Source: Bacteroidales bacterium
GTDB taxonomy: Bacteria > Bacteroidota > Bacteroidia > Bacteroidales > Muribaculaceae
DNA: 64,000 nt
Direction of reading: 5' to 3'
Assembly: GCA_004557385.1 (NCBI GenBank)
Contig: SFEA01000005.1
Span: 27,465 to 91,464 of the forward strand
Below the pieces are notes generated by a model, which saw only the letters and a list, made by a program, of their open reading frames with translations, did no database searches and was not told the DNA's origin. Both the position numbers and the translations under genes were made by a program. Each line of letters opens with the position of its first letter. The first letter of the stretch is position 1. Positions 21,487-29,840 of the stretch are shown piece after piece.

Positions 21487-21883
21487 GCATGGCATGCATA
21501 CGCTGGCTCAACAGCGCCAACGGACGAGCCTGATATTCAATGTGAAAAGAGCGGTTGAATAGCTGACCGCTGTGCCTGCCGGCGCAGCGCAGTTTGGCGC
21601 GGTTGCCGCGATGGCGATTGATGTAGGCTTGCAGCTCGTCGCCGTCAAGAAAAGGTGCGTCGAGCACAATCTTCACCGCACGTCCGGCACGCTGGCAATA
21701 GTCGAGCGCCAAATACATTTCGCGTTTAGGTATCAGCCGGTCGTAGAAATTCAGTTCGCAAGCCTCGATGATACTGCTCACATAAGTGCGTTCACACGCA
21801 TTGAAAAAGTCGTTTTCGTAATACTTGCGCCGGTATTCGGCGTAGATGTTTTTTCCGTTGTTCAGTTTCTCGTCGGTGTTCAT
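21476..21883 (-). CDS. Hypothetical protein
   Basis: 135-aa ORF with an ATG start. Its composition looks like the core genome. The 3' end overlaps the MFS gene by 11 nt, convergently. I recognise no motif. Confidence 0.45.
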   Translation of the reverse strand: MNTDEKLNNGKNIYAEYRRKYYENDFFNACERTYVSSIIEACELNFYDRLIPKREMYLALDYCQRAGRAVKIVLDAPFLDGDELQAYINRHRGNRAKLRCAGRHSGQLFNRSFHIEYQARPLALLSQRMHAMLMH

Positions 21884-22060
21884 AAAAAATGTGTGCTTTT
21901 TCGTTTTTCAATTCATACAAGCTGCTTCCTTAGGGCATCCGATGTGCAAAGGTGCAAACTATCTGGGCAAATTTCAAGCGCACCTTGCCCAATATGCGTT
22001 AAATTGAGTAATTTTTATCGTGATGACGAAATATTACAGCGTACTGAATGAACTGGATAA

Positions 22061-22079
22061 TTGTTAAATTATTTAACAA
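22061..22079. promoter_or_regulatory. Perfect 19-bp palindrome TTGTTAAattatTTAACAA upstream of the island operon (candidate operator)
   Basis: Read directly. The same heptamer recurs at 22099-22105 (TTGTTAA) and 22203-22209 (TTAACAA). The latter lies inside a second inverted repeat, atttttgtt (22186-22194) / aacaaaaat (22205-22213). Confidence 0.35.
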
Positions 22080-22340
22080 AATCGCGCTAAAATAGGAATT
22101 GTTAATAAGTGTAAAAGTTAAATATTCTTAATGGATATTTTGCTGTAAATTAATTGAATAGCAAATTTTATAGTATGAATAATGGATTTTTGTTGCTGAT
22201 TTTTAACAAAAATATACAAATGCCAAAATTTTCGATCGTATAATATATATAGAGACTAATTTTTTTTGAAGTATGAAAATAGCTATTTTGGAACACTTAA
22301 AGTAATCGAGAAATTATCACAATCAAAACACATAAGCGAT

Positions 22341-22667
22341 ATGAAAGAAAAACAAGAAGTACAACGCGAAGAACTTATCACACTTGAAGAAGAATTGGAG
22401 CTTATTAAGCAGATTCGACAATCGCCAGACGACTGCGAGGCTGCAAAGCAAAAACTATTATTTGCAAATCAAAGATTTGTACGTGTGATAGCAGAGAGAT
22501 ATGCCACCGACGAGCAGCAGACGAAAATACTTGTTGCTGAGGGCAATAAGGGGCTACTCTACGCCGTTGAAAAATATGATGAGACAAAAGGGTATAAATT
22601 CATAAGTTATGCTCTGTACTGGATTAAAGAATCAATTAAACAATATATCATGAATAACTCTAATTGA
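22341..22667 (+). CDS. Stand-alone sigma-70 region 1.2-2.4 protein; regions 3 and 4 are absent
   Basis: EEELELIKQIRQ ... AKQKLLFANQRFVRVIAERY ... LVAEGNKGLLYAVEKYDETKGYKFISYALYWIKESIKQYI aligns with primary-sigma regions 1.2, 2.1, 2.2, 2.3 and 2.4. For comparison, Bacteroidetes RpoD has [23 protein letters not shown]. A stop follows immediately after region 2.4. The first ATG is at 22341 (the ORF-track start at 22266 is TTG). Confidence 0.75.
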   Translation: MKEKQEVQREELITLEEELELIKQIRQSPDDCEAAKQKLLFANQRFVRVIAERYATDEQQTKILVAEGNKGLLYAVEKYDETKGYKFISYALYWIKESIKQYIMNNSN

Positions 22668-22670
22668 AGT

Positions 22671-23600
22671 ATGGCAACAAAAAGAAAAATCTCAGATGAT
22701 GAATTTTGGAAGAAACTGACTGAAGGCGAATACAAAGAAATTATAGCCTTTGCGTCGAAACGTGAAAATGAGTTGGATGTTCAAGTTAGAGATAACTATT
22801 TGAATATCTACTATCGAGGGGGAAACTTGTTAAAAATCAGTCCTCAAGACCTTTATTTCGATGAGTTCTATTTTCATCGTGGAGCCAAAGATATGCGTAA
22901 AACTCGCTTGAAAGAAAAAGCTAACGACATGGACAAAGAGTGTACTGAGCGTTGGGAATCTTACAAAGAACAACGAAAGGAAATGTTGGACATCCTTAAA
23001 AACGGTGGAGGTATGCCAATTTATAGTGCAAAGATGAAGAACATTATGGATGGGTGGGAAAAAGATCTTAACACGATAGGTCTCAACCATGATGAAAAGA
23101 ATGCCCAACAGCAAATATCAATGAATAACAGAGGTGCCACCGACTACACTGTTGTGGATTTGGAATATGCTGTAAGCAGGACATCGTCGTTCTGCTACAA
23201 TGGTAAATTAAACAAGAAGGTGCCGCGTTTTGATATTATCGCTGTTGATAAATCCGGCCAGTTGTATGTGATAGAATTAAAAACCGGATTTGATGCAATT
23301 GATGGATGTTCGGGCATTCGCGCCCACATGGATTGCTTTGTTCACTCTATTGGACGTGACTCCAAAAACGATTTCGTAAATGAAATGTACGAGTTATTGG
23401 GGCAGAAACAGGAATTAAACCTGATAGACAAAAATGTATTTATTGACAAGACTAAGAAACCTAAATTCATTTTCGCCTTCTCTGAGAAGGTGAAAGGAAA
23501 GCGCTGTTACGATGAATTTGTCGAAGAATGCAAAAAGATAAGGTACAATGACGAAATAATATATGTAGGTAATGATTATCAATTAAAAATAAAAAAATAA
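22671..23600 (+). CDS. PD-(D/E)xK nuclease-fold protein with an unassigned helical N-terminal half
   Basis: 309 aa. The ATG lies 3 nt after the stop of the sigma-fragment gene. The candidate catalytic core PRFDIIAVDKSGQLYVIELKTG has the D ... E-x-K pattern seen in NucS- and Shedu-type nucleases. Confidence 0.6.
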   Translation: MATKRKISDDEFWKKLTEGEYKEIIAFASKRENELDVQVRDNYLNIYYRGGNLLKISPQDLYFDEFYFHRGAKDMRKTRLKEKANDMDKECTERWESYKEQRKEMLDILKNGGGMPIYSAKMKNIMDGWEKDLNTIGLNHDEKNAQQQISMNNRGATDYTVVDLEYAVSRTSSFCYNGKLNKKVPRFDIIAVDKSGQLYVIELKTGFDAIDGCSGIRAHMDCFVHSIGRDSKNDFVNEMYELLGQKQELNLIDKNVFIDKTKKPKFIFAFSEKVKGKRCYDEFVEECKKIRYNDEIIYVGNDYQLKIKK

Positions 23601-23607
23601 AAGATGT

Positions 23608-25458
23608 ATGAAGATAACAATCCATCGTGGCACTGACCAGATAGGCGGTTGCGTAACAGAGTATGAGCATGAAGGTTGGAAGTTGTTCGTCGATTATGGT
23701 GAACAATTACCAGGGTCGCCAAAGTCAAGTCCTTTAGATATTGAGGGCTTAACAAAAGGCGACCTGACAAAGAGTGCGCTACTCATCACGCACTATCATG
23801 GCGACCATATCGGTTGCATCAAGGATTTGCCCAAGGAGCTTCCTATGTATATGGGTGGACTTGGAAGAGATATACAATTGGCTTATTCGGAACACATGTC
23901 GTATGTGGTTGAGGAGCAGAATTTGGTAATTGAGAGGCTGAAGGCGGCAGAAGCATTTCGTCCCGGACACCCGTTTTCAATAGGTCCATTCAAAGTTATG
24001 CCTTTGACAGTTGACCATTCTGCATTTGATGCCTACTCATTCAGAATTGAGGCAGATGGTGTAAGCGTATTTCATACGGGCGATTTCCGCACCCATGGTT
24101 TTAGGAGTGGAAAGTTAGAAAAAATGCTTGAACAATATGTCGGTAAGGTTGATTATGTTGTTTGCGAGGGAACCAATGTGTCACGCCCTGATTCGACATC
24201 ACGCACTGAAGCAGAAGTTCAAAAGGATTTTGAAATAGCACTTGGTCAGAAGATAGGTCATATTGTATATGTTTCATCAACCAATATCGACCGCTTGTTT
24301 TCGCTATATCACGCAGCTTTAAGAGCTGGCATGTTTTTCATTGTGGATGACTATCAGAAGCAGGTGATGGACATCGTGGCAAAAAGCGATTCGTTGTGGA
24401 GTAAAGCCACACTGTATCAATATGGAAAATTCGAGCCAATGGCTCTGTACAGAAATGGCGATGAATTTACCGTCAACGACAAGTTCATAAAGACAATACA
24501 GGAAAAAGGATATATACTGATTGCACGCGCTAATCCCAGATTTGACAAACTCATCCAGGAACTTCCAGGCGAGAAGAAAAAATACCTTTCGATGTGGGAC
24601 GGTTATATCAACAAGGATAAAGAGGCATACAATGAGGCATTGGCAAAGTCGGTGGGTAATGATTACGAGTATCTGCATACCAGCGGACACTGCGACATGA
24701 AGAGCATGCGTGAACTCTTCAGACGACTTCAGCCTAAAGCAATTATTCCTGTCCACACCAACAACCCCGATAAGTTTGCAGAGCAGTTCTGCGATGAGTG
24801 GCCAGTCATCAGACTGCATGATGGACAGTCTGTTGAGCCAATATCAACATCGATAGCAGATGCATGCAAATTAAGGGCGTTCTGTGCCAAGGAACTCGAA
24901 GGTGTAACCTATGATAGCATCAAGGATGGGGAACACGCATCTGGGCTTGATGAAAAATTCGTTGGTGCTTTCAAGTGCATGGATGCTGCCAAGTTCGTAA
25001 TGGAGCATACGCTTTTTGGGCAGGATAAAGTTGTTGGCTATGAGATTGATGACGATGAAGATTTATCAGCATCAAAGAGGTTGACATTTGATGCTGACAA
25101 GAATCTTTTAGCTACATATACTCGTGGCGGTCATCAACCCGGCGGCGCCAAGTATCGGGAAGCATGCCGTTTTGCTCCGGGAGAGAAGGCGTTGGCGGTA
25201 TTTCAGGCGCCTTATTATGCAGTTGTGCCTGTAAAGGTCGTCGGACCAATCACGCCTGAGTCTGAACGAGAAAGTTGGGAAATGAATGACCCTAAGGACT
25301 ATTATGATTCTTATGAAGACTACGTGAATGACTGGGATGACTGGCATTGGGATTCTGTGGCTGTTCATCCATTGGTGAAGTTGAAGTCATGCTTTGAGCA
25401 AATGACCGATACGGAAGTTGTACCAAGAGTTTACCTCTTCCCATACCATAAACTATAA
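23608..25458 (+). CDS. RNase J-like MBL-fold/beta-CASP nuclease with a ~215-aa C-terminal domain of unknown function
   Basis: 616 aa. Motifs in RNase J order: ITHYHGDHIG (HxHxDH), VDHSAFDAYSF, FHTGDFR, CEGTNV, SSTNIDRL (beta-CASP A-like), HTSGHCD and IPVHTN. The C-terminal part is acidic and Trp-rich (YYDSYEDYVNDWDDWHWDS), and I recognise no motif in it. Confidence 0.75.
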   Translation: MKITIHRGTDQIGGCVTEYEHEGWKLFVDYGEQLPGSPKSSPLDIEGLTKGDLTKSALLITHYHGDHIGCIKDLPKELPMYMGGLGRDIQLAYSEHMSYVVEEQNLVIERLKAAEAFRPGHPFSIGPFKVMPLTVDHSAFDAYSFRIEADGVSVFHTGDFRTHGFRSGKLEKMLEQYVGKVDYVVCEGTNVSRPDSTSRTEAEVQKDFEIALGQKIGHIVYVSSTNIDRLFSLYHAALRAGMFFIVDDYQKQVMDIVAKSDSLWSKATLYQYGKFEPMALYRNGDEFTVNDKFIKTIQEKGYILIARANPRFDKLIQELPGEKKKYLSMWDGYINKDKEAYNEALAKSVGNDYEYLHTSGHCDMKSMRELFRRLQPKAIIPVHTNNPDKFAEQFCDEWPVIRLHDGQSVEPISTSIADACKLRAFCAKELEGVTYDSIKDGEHASGLDEKFVGAFKCMDAAKFVMEHTLFGQDKVVGYEIDDDEDLSASKRLTFDADKNLLATYTRGGHQPGGAKYREACRFAPGEKALAVFQAPYYAVVPVKVVGPITPESERESWEMNDPKDYYDSYEDYVNDWDDWHWDSVAVHPLVKLKSCFEQMTDTEVVPRVYLFPYHKL

Positions 25459-25595
25459 GATAATAGGGATTTCTAACCGGCGACTAAAGAATACCGATGA
25501 CGTTCATGCTGTAAGTGTCACGATATGGGAATTTCTTGTGGCGGGTGAGATGGTCACTGGCGAGGCAAGATATTGCACAAGCCAAACATTTGAGT

Positions 25596-25603
25596 TATCT
25601 TTG
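25596..25603 (+). promoter_or_regulatory. Bacteroidetes -7 box TAtcTTTG upstream of the DUF5606 gene
   Basis: Matches the TAnnTTTG consensus, 70 nt upstream of the ATG at 25673. Confidence 0.3.
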
Positions 25604-25672
25604 CAGCTGCGTTGCCGAACGATGTGGCGGCGGAAATTTTATTAACGAACAATAGAAAACAATAGAAGAACT

Positions 25673-26098
25673 ATGTTGAAGAAAATACTGTCGATATCAG
25701 GCAAGCCAGGTCTCTACAAACTGGTTTCGTATGGCAAGAATATGATTATTGTTGAAAACCTCAGCGAAAAGAAGCGCATTCCGGCTTACACCCGCGACAA
25801 GATTGTGTCGCTTGGCGATATTGCCATCTACACTTATGGCGAGGAAGTGCCTTTGGCAAAAGTGTTCACCACCGTTTACGAGAAGCACGAAGGCAAGGCA
25901 ATTGATGCTAAGCAATACACCACACCTGAGAGCCTTCAGGCATTTATGACCGAGGCGTTGCCCGACTACGACCAAGAACGTGTGTATAACAACGACATCA
26001 AGAAAATCATCTCGTGGTATAACTTGCTGCTTGCTGCCGGCTACACCAAGTTTGAAGAAGAAGCTGAAGAAGCTGCTGAAGGCGAAGAAGCAAAATAA
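25673..26098 (+). CDS. DUF5606-like conserved Bacteroidetes protein
   Basis: 141 aa. The N-terminus MLKKILSISGKPGLYKLVSYGKNMIIVE and the acidic tail EEEAEEAAEGEEAK match my recollection of the family. No database check was run. Confidence 0.55.
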   Translation: MLKKILSISGKPGLYKLVSYGKNMIIVENLSEKKRIPAYTRDKIVSLGDIAIYTYGEEVPLAKVFTTVYEKHEGKAIDAKQYTTPESLQAFMTEALPDYDQERVYNNDIKKIISWYNLLLAAGYTKFEEEAEEAAEGEEAK

Positions 26099-26253
26099 GA
26101 GAGATAACGATTAAAGCAGCCTTCACCTCGTGTTGGGTGATGGCAACATTGATAAAGCGAAGGAGCCAAGAGTCTTGCGACGATTGCCAAGGGCTGATGA
26201 GTTTGCCCGTGCACAATCGGTTGGACTTTCGGCTCTTTTTTATGATTGGAAAA

Positions 26254-26826
26254 ATGCAGCGCAGAGAAATGATGGCTAAAAGAAACAGGGCATTACGGCA
26301 AATGAGCCTGATGGCGTGGGTGCTGGCTATGGCATTGGCAATGGCATCGTGCCACTCGTCGCGCAAGGTTGTCACCGACGATGTGTATCAGCCTGGCACC
26401 GAGCAAACCGGCGGTAAGCGTTGGCATGCCGGAATTGTGCTCGAACCGTCGGACAACGAGCGCCTCTACGATGAGGTGGAGAAATGGTTGGGTGTGCCTT
26501 ATCGCTACGGCGGCACCACTCGCAGCGGTGTGGACTGCTCGGGATTGGTGTGTGAGATTTACAAGCAGGTGTATGGCATGGGACTGCAGCGCAATTCTGC
26601 CAAGATACTGCAAATCAACTGCAAAGAGATTTCGAAAAACGACCTTCGTGAGGGCGACTTGGTGTTTTTCTCATCGCAAAAGTCGAAAGCGAAAATCAAC
26701 CATGTGGGCATCTATCTCAAGAGCAACAAGTTTGTGCACGCCGGCTCGAAAGGGGTGGTCGTCGACTCGCTCGGCATGGCATATTATCAGCGCCATTATG
26801 TGGCGTCGGGCAGGGTGAAGCGCTGA
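26254..26826 (+). CDS. NlpC/P60 (C40) peptidoglycan hydrolase lipoprotein
   Basis: Catalytic motifs DCSGLVCEIY and INHVGIYL. Lipobox LAMALAMASC. The start is uncertain: the ORF-track start at 26137 is GTG, and Met codons lie at 26254, 26269 and 26272. Confidence 0.8.
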   Translation: MQRREMMAKRNRALRQMSLMAWVLAMALAMASCHSSRKVVTDDVYQPGTEQTGGKRWHAGIVLEPSDNERLYDEVEKWLGVPYRYGGTTRSGVDCSGLVCEIYKQVYGMGLQRNSAKILQINCKEISKNDLREGDLVFFSSQKSKAKINHVGIYLKSNKFVHAGSKGVVVDSLGMAYYQRHYVASGRVKR

Positions 26827-26933
26827 GGCTTTTTGCCTTTCGGCTCGTGCGATGTTCCAAAAAGACCAATTTTGTTGCAAAAATGCCAATAAAGCACTAT
26901 TTTTGCGTGTAACTTTAAAAAGATAATAATCAT

Positions 26934-27686
26934 ATGGCGCACCCAGAAAAACTCTACGGACTGCTTGGCTATCCGTTGGTACATTCGTTTTCGCAAAACT
27001 ATTTTAACCAGAAATTTGAGTCGGAGAATATTGATGCAGAATACATCAATTTTGAGATTCCCGACGTTGGTATGCTCATGGAGGTAGTTGCCGAGAACGA
27101 GAACCTCAATGGCTTGAACGTAACCATTCCGTATAAGGAGCAAGTGATTCCGTTCCTCGACGAAATCGACCAGGCAGCGAGCGAGGTGGGTGCAGTGAAT
27201 GTGATTAAGTTCATCCGTGGCAAGGACGGATTGCGCCTGAAGGGCTATAATTCCGACATCATCGGGTTCACCGATTCCATCAAGTCGTTGCTGAAGCCTC
27301 ATCATCAGTCGGCGCTTGTGCTGGGCACCGGTGGCGCAGCCAAGGCGGTGAGCTACTCGCTGCGCAAGTTGGGGCTCGAGGTGCAGCTGGTGTCGCGCCG
27401 CAAGTCGGCTAACACACTTGTCTATGAGGAGCTTACGAAGAACGACCTTAAGACACACAAGGTGATTGTGAACACCACCCCGTTGGGCATGTACCCTAAT
27501 GTGGACACTTGCCCCGACATTCCATATCGCTATCTCACATCGCAGCATCTGTGCTACGACCTGATATATAACCCCGACGAAACGCTGTTCCTGAAGAATT
27601 CGCGCCTCGCAGGTGCGCAGGTTAAGAATGGGTTGGAAATGCTTCTTCTTCAAGCATTTGCGTCGTACAGCATCTGGAATCAGTGA
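26934..27686 (+). CDS. aroE: Shikimate dehydrogenase
   Basis: YGLLGYPLVHSFSQNYFN plus the NADP-binding motif GTGGAAKAV. A TAttTTTG box lies at 26898-26905. Confidence 0.85.
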   Translation: MAHPEKLYGLLGYPLVHSFSQNYFNQKFESENIDAEYINFEIPDVGMLMEVVAENENLNGLNVTIPYKEQVIPFLDEIDQAASEVGAVNVIKFIRGKDGLRLKGYNSDIIGFTDSIKSLLKPHHQSALVLGTGGAAKAVSYSLRKLGLEVQLVSRRKSANTLVYEELTKNDLKTHKVIVNTTPLGMYPNVDTCPDIPYRYLTSQHLCYDLIYNPDETLFLKNSRLAGAQVKNGLEMLLLQAFASYSIWNQ

Positions 27687-27794
27687 TTCGTGCCCTGTGC
27701 GCAGCGTAATGGCGTGCGATTAAGTGGTGCGCGGTGTGATGGCACGATGCCATTCGTGTGAAAAAATCAATAAAAAAATTAGATTCTCGTAGTA

Positions 27795-29840
27795 ATGTCG
27801 ATATATCGTTCTGCATTGTCGCGAGTGCCGTTGCTGAGGTTGCTCTTGCCGTTTGTGGCAGGGGTGATGGCTTGCGGCGCTTTAGGGCAATCGGCAGTGT
27901 GGATGTCGGCATTGGTTGGCATTGCTTCGATGGAGTTGGCTGCGTGGCTTCGTTGGCGGTGCAGTGCCATGGCAAGGCATCGCTATTCAATTGCGGCGAT
28001 AGCAGGATTGGCATTTGCGCTTGGCATTGCTGACGCGTGGCTCAATCAGCCGCCGCAGTTGGGCGAACGGTTCTCAGCCGATGAACCCGTCGTCGGAGTT
28101 GTCACGAAGATAAGGCAGAACGAACTTTCGACGTCGCTGCTTGTGCGCACATCGCAGGTGGGCGTGGTGTCGGTGCTCGTCAGGGGCAATCAATATGGCT
28201 ACGCCGAAGGCGATTTGATTGCGTTTAAGCCGCGCCTTGAGCGCATACGCAATATGGGCAACCCATGGGAATTTGATTATGCACAATATATGCTCAGGCA
28301 GTCGGTGGCATACACTCAGCATGTGGCTGAAGCCTCCGAGATGGTGGTGACGGGCAAGTCGAAATCGCCGTATTATGCCTTGCAGAGCGTGCGTCGCGCG
28401 GCGAGGGCGATGATTTATAATTCTTGTTTGAGCAGCGAGTCAAAACCGCTGCTGGCTGCATTGCTGCTTGGCTACGGCAGCGACATCACGCCCGAGATGC
28501 GGCAAGCGATGTCGGCGGCAGGCTTGTCGCACGTGGTGGCTTTGAGCGGATTGCATGTGGGCATGGTGGCAATGCTGGTGGCGTGGCTGCTGATGCCGCT
28601 GCTGCGAGGCGGGCGGCTGCGCACACGCGTGGCTTGCTGCGCCGCCGGAGTGATGTTGTTTGCGCTGTTCACCGGGCTTGCGCCATCGGTGTGCCGAGCC
28701 GCTGTGATGATGGTGTTTGCCTCGTTGGCGGTGCTCGCCAACCGCCGAGCCTTGAGCGCCAATGCCGTGGCTGGTGCCGCGCTGTGCATTGTTGTGCTGT
28801 CGCCTGCGGCTATTTACGATGGCGGTTTTCTGCTCAGCTTCGTGTCGGTGACGGCAATGATTGTTGTTCTGCCCCGATTCGCGGCAGCCATGAGCGAATG
28901 GCACCCGGCATTGCGTTATGCAGTGGCATGCATGGCGGTTTCGGTTGTGGCTGCAGCGGCTACGTCGGCGCTTACGGCATATCTTTTCCATACAGTTTCG
29001 ATGGCTTCGGTGTTTACCAACCTTTTGGTGCTGCCACTGCTGCCGGTGTATATGGCATTGTCGGCGCTGTATGTGTTGCTGCTTATGGCAGGAATTGATT
29101 TTTCGGCACTTGCGGCGATAATAGGTGCGTTGTCGCACGCCTTTGTGTGGCTGTGCCGAGTGGTGGGCAGTTGTGATTTTCTTCACATCGAAAACGTGTG
29201 GATAAGCACAAGTGAGGTGGTGCTGTGCTACGGCGCCATGGCATCGGCAACGCTGCTGTATTTTCAACGCCGATTGGCGTGTACAGTGGCAACATGCGCC
29301 CTGCTGACGGCGTGCGCCGGCATACATATATATAATGTGTATAGCACACCTCGCGAGGGTGTGATAGTGCTTAATGCCTACGACAGCACTCCGGTGTTTT
29401 ATTTCGCCGATGGCGAGGCGCGTGTGTGGTGCCCCGACTATGAAATCGACCTTGAAGAATTTGCCCGAAGGCACCGGTCGATGCTCAGCCGCCTGGGCAT
29501 TGAGCACGTAGCCATGGCAGCACCCGGCAGCGATATGGGCGGCAGTTGCTTCGGTGACAATTTCGCGTGCATTGCCGGATGGAAATTCGTGTCGATTGGT
29601 AGCCGCAGCGACATCAGGCGAGGCGGGTTGGCGGCTGCCGGACCCGATTATGTGATTCTTCCGAAGAATTGCCGCCGTGATGTGGCGCTGAAGGCGGCGT
29701 CGCTGCCCGAAGCCGATGTGGTGGTGTCGGGGGCAATGTGGCAGGACGAGCGCGAAGCACTCGAGGGCGAGTTGCGCAAAGCCGGAGTGCGCTTGCATTC
29801 GCTCGCCAATGAAGGCGCCATTGTGCTCGACCCCAAATGA
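27795..29840 (+). CDS. comEC: ComEC/Rec2 family competence membrane protein
   Basis: 681 aa and polytopic, with the Competence-domain motif GLSHVVALSGLHVGMVA. The C-terminal domain is MBL-like but degenerate. Confidence 0.8.
   Translation: MSIYRSALSRVPLLRLLLPFVAGVMACGALGQSAVWMSALVGIASMELAAWLRWRCSAMARHRYSIAAIAGLAFALGIADAWLNQPPQLGERFSADEPVVGVVTKIRQNELSTSLLVRTSQVGVVSVLVRGNQYGYAEGDLIAFKPRLERIRNMGNPWEFDYAQYMLRQSVAYTQHVAEASEMVVTGKSKSPYYALQSVRRAARAMIYNSCLSSESKPLLAALLLGYGSDITPEMRQAMSAAGLSHVVALSGLHVGMVAMLVAWLLMPLLRGGRLRTRVACCAAGVMLFALFTGLAPSVCRAAVMMVFASLAVLANRRALSANAVAGAALCIVVLSPAAIYDGGFLLSFVSVTAMIVVLPRFAAAMSEWHPALRYAVACMAVSVVAAAATSALTAYLFHTVSMASVFTNLLVLPLLPVYMALSALYVLLLMAGIDFSALAAIIGALSHAFVWLCRVVGSCDFLHIENVWISTSEVVLCYGAMASATLLYFQRRLACTVATCALLTACAGIHIYNVYSTPREGVIVLNAYDSTPVFYFADGEARVWCPDYEIDLEEFARRHRSMLSRLGIEHVAMAAPGSDMGGSCFGDNFACIAGWKFVSIGSRSDIRRGGLAAAGPDYVILPKNCRRDVALKAASLPEADVVVSGAMWQDEREALEGELRKAGVRLHSLANEGAIVLDPK

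Noticed and set aside
21949-21991. Two mutually exclusive 7-bp hairpins (aaggtgc/gcacctt and tgggcaa/ttgccca) upstream of the 135-aa hypothetical gene, considered as a riboswitch-like toggle
   Set aside because: The stems are short and there is no following U-tract or conserved motif that I recognise. This is too weak to call without comparative data.
22266-22340. The upstream extension of the sigma-fragment ORF (MKYENSYFG...)
   Set aside because: It starts at TTG and the extension has no sigma similarity. The first ATG, at 22341, gives a product that begins just before region 1.2.
25418-25645. A 75-aa ORF downstream of, and overlapping, the MBL nuclease gene
   Set aside because: It overlaps the 3' end of a supported gene, has no motif, and runs into the promoter region of the DUF5606 gene.
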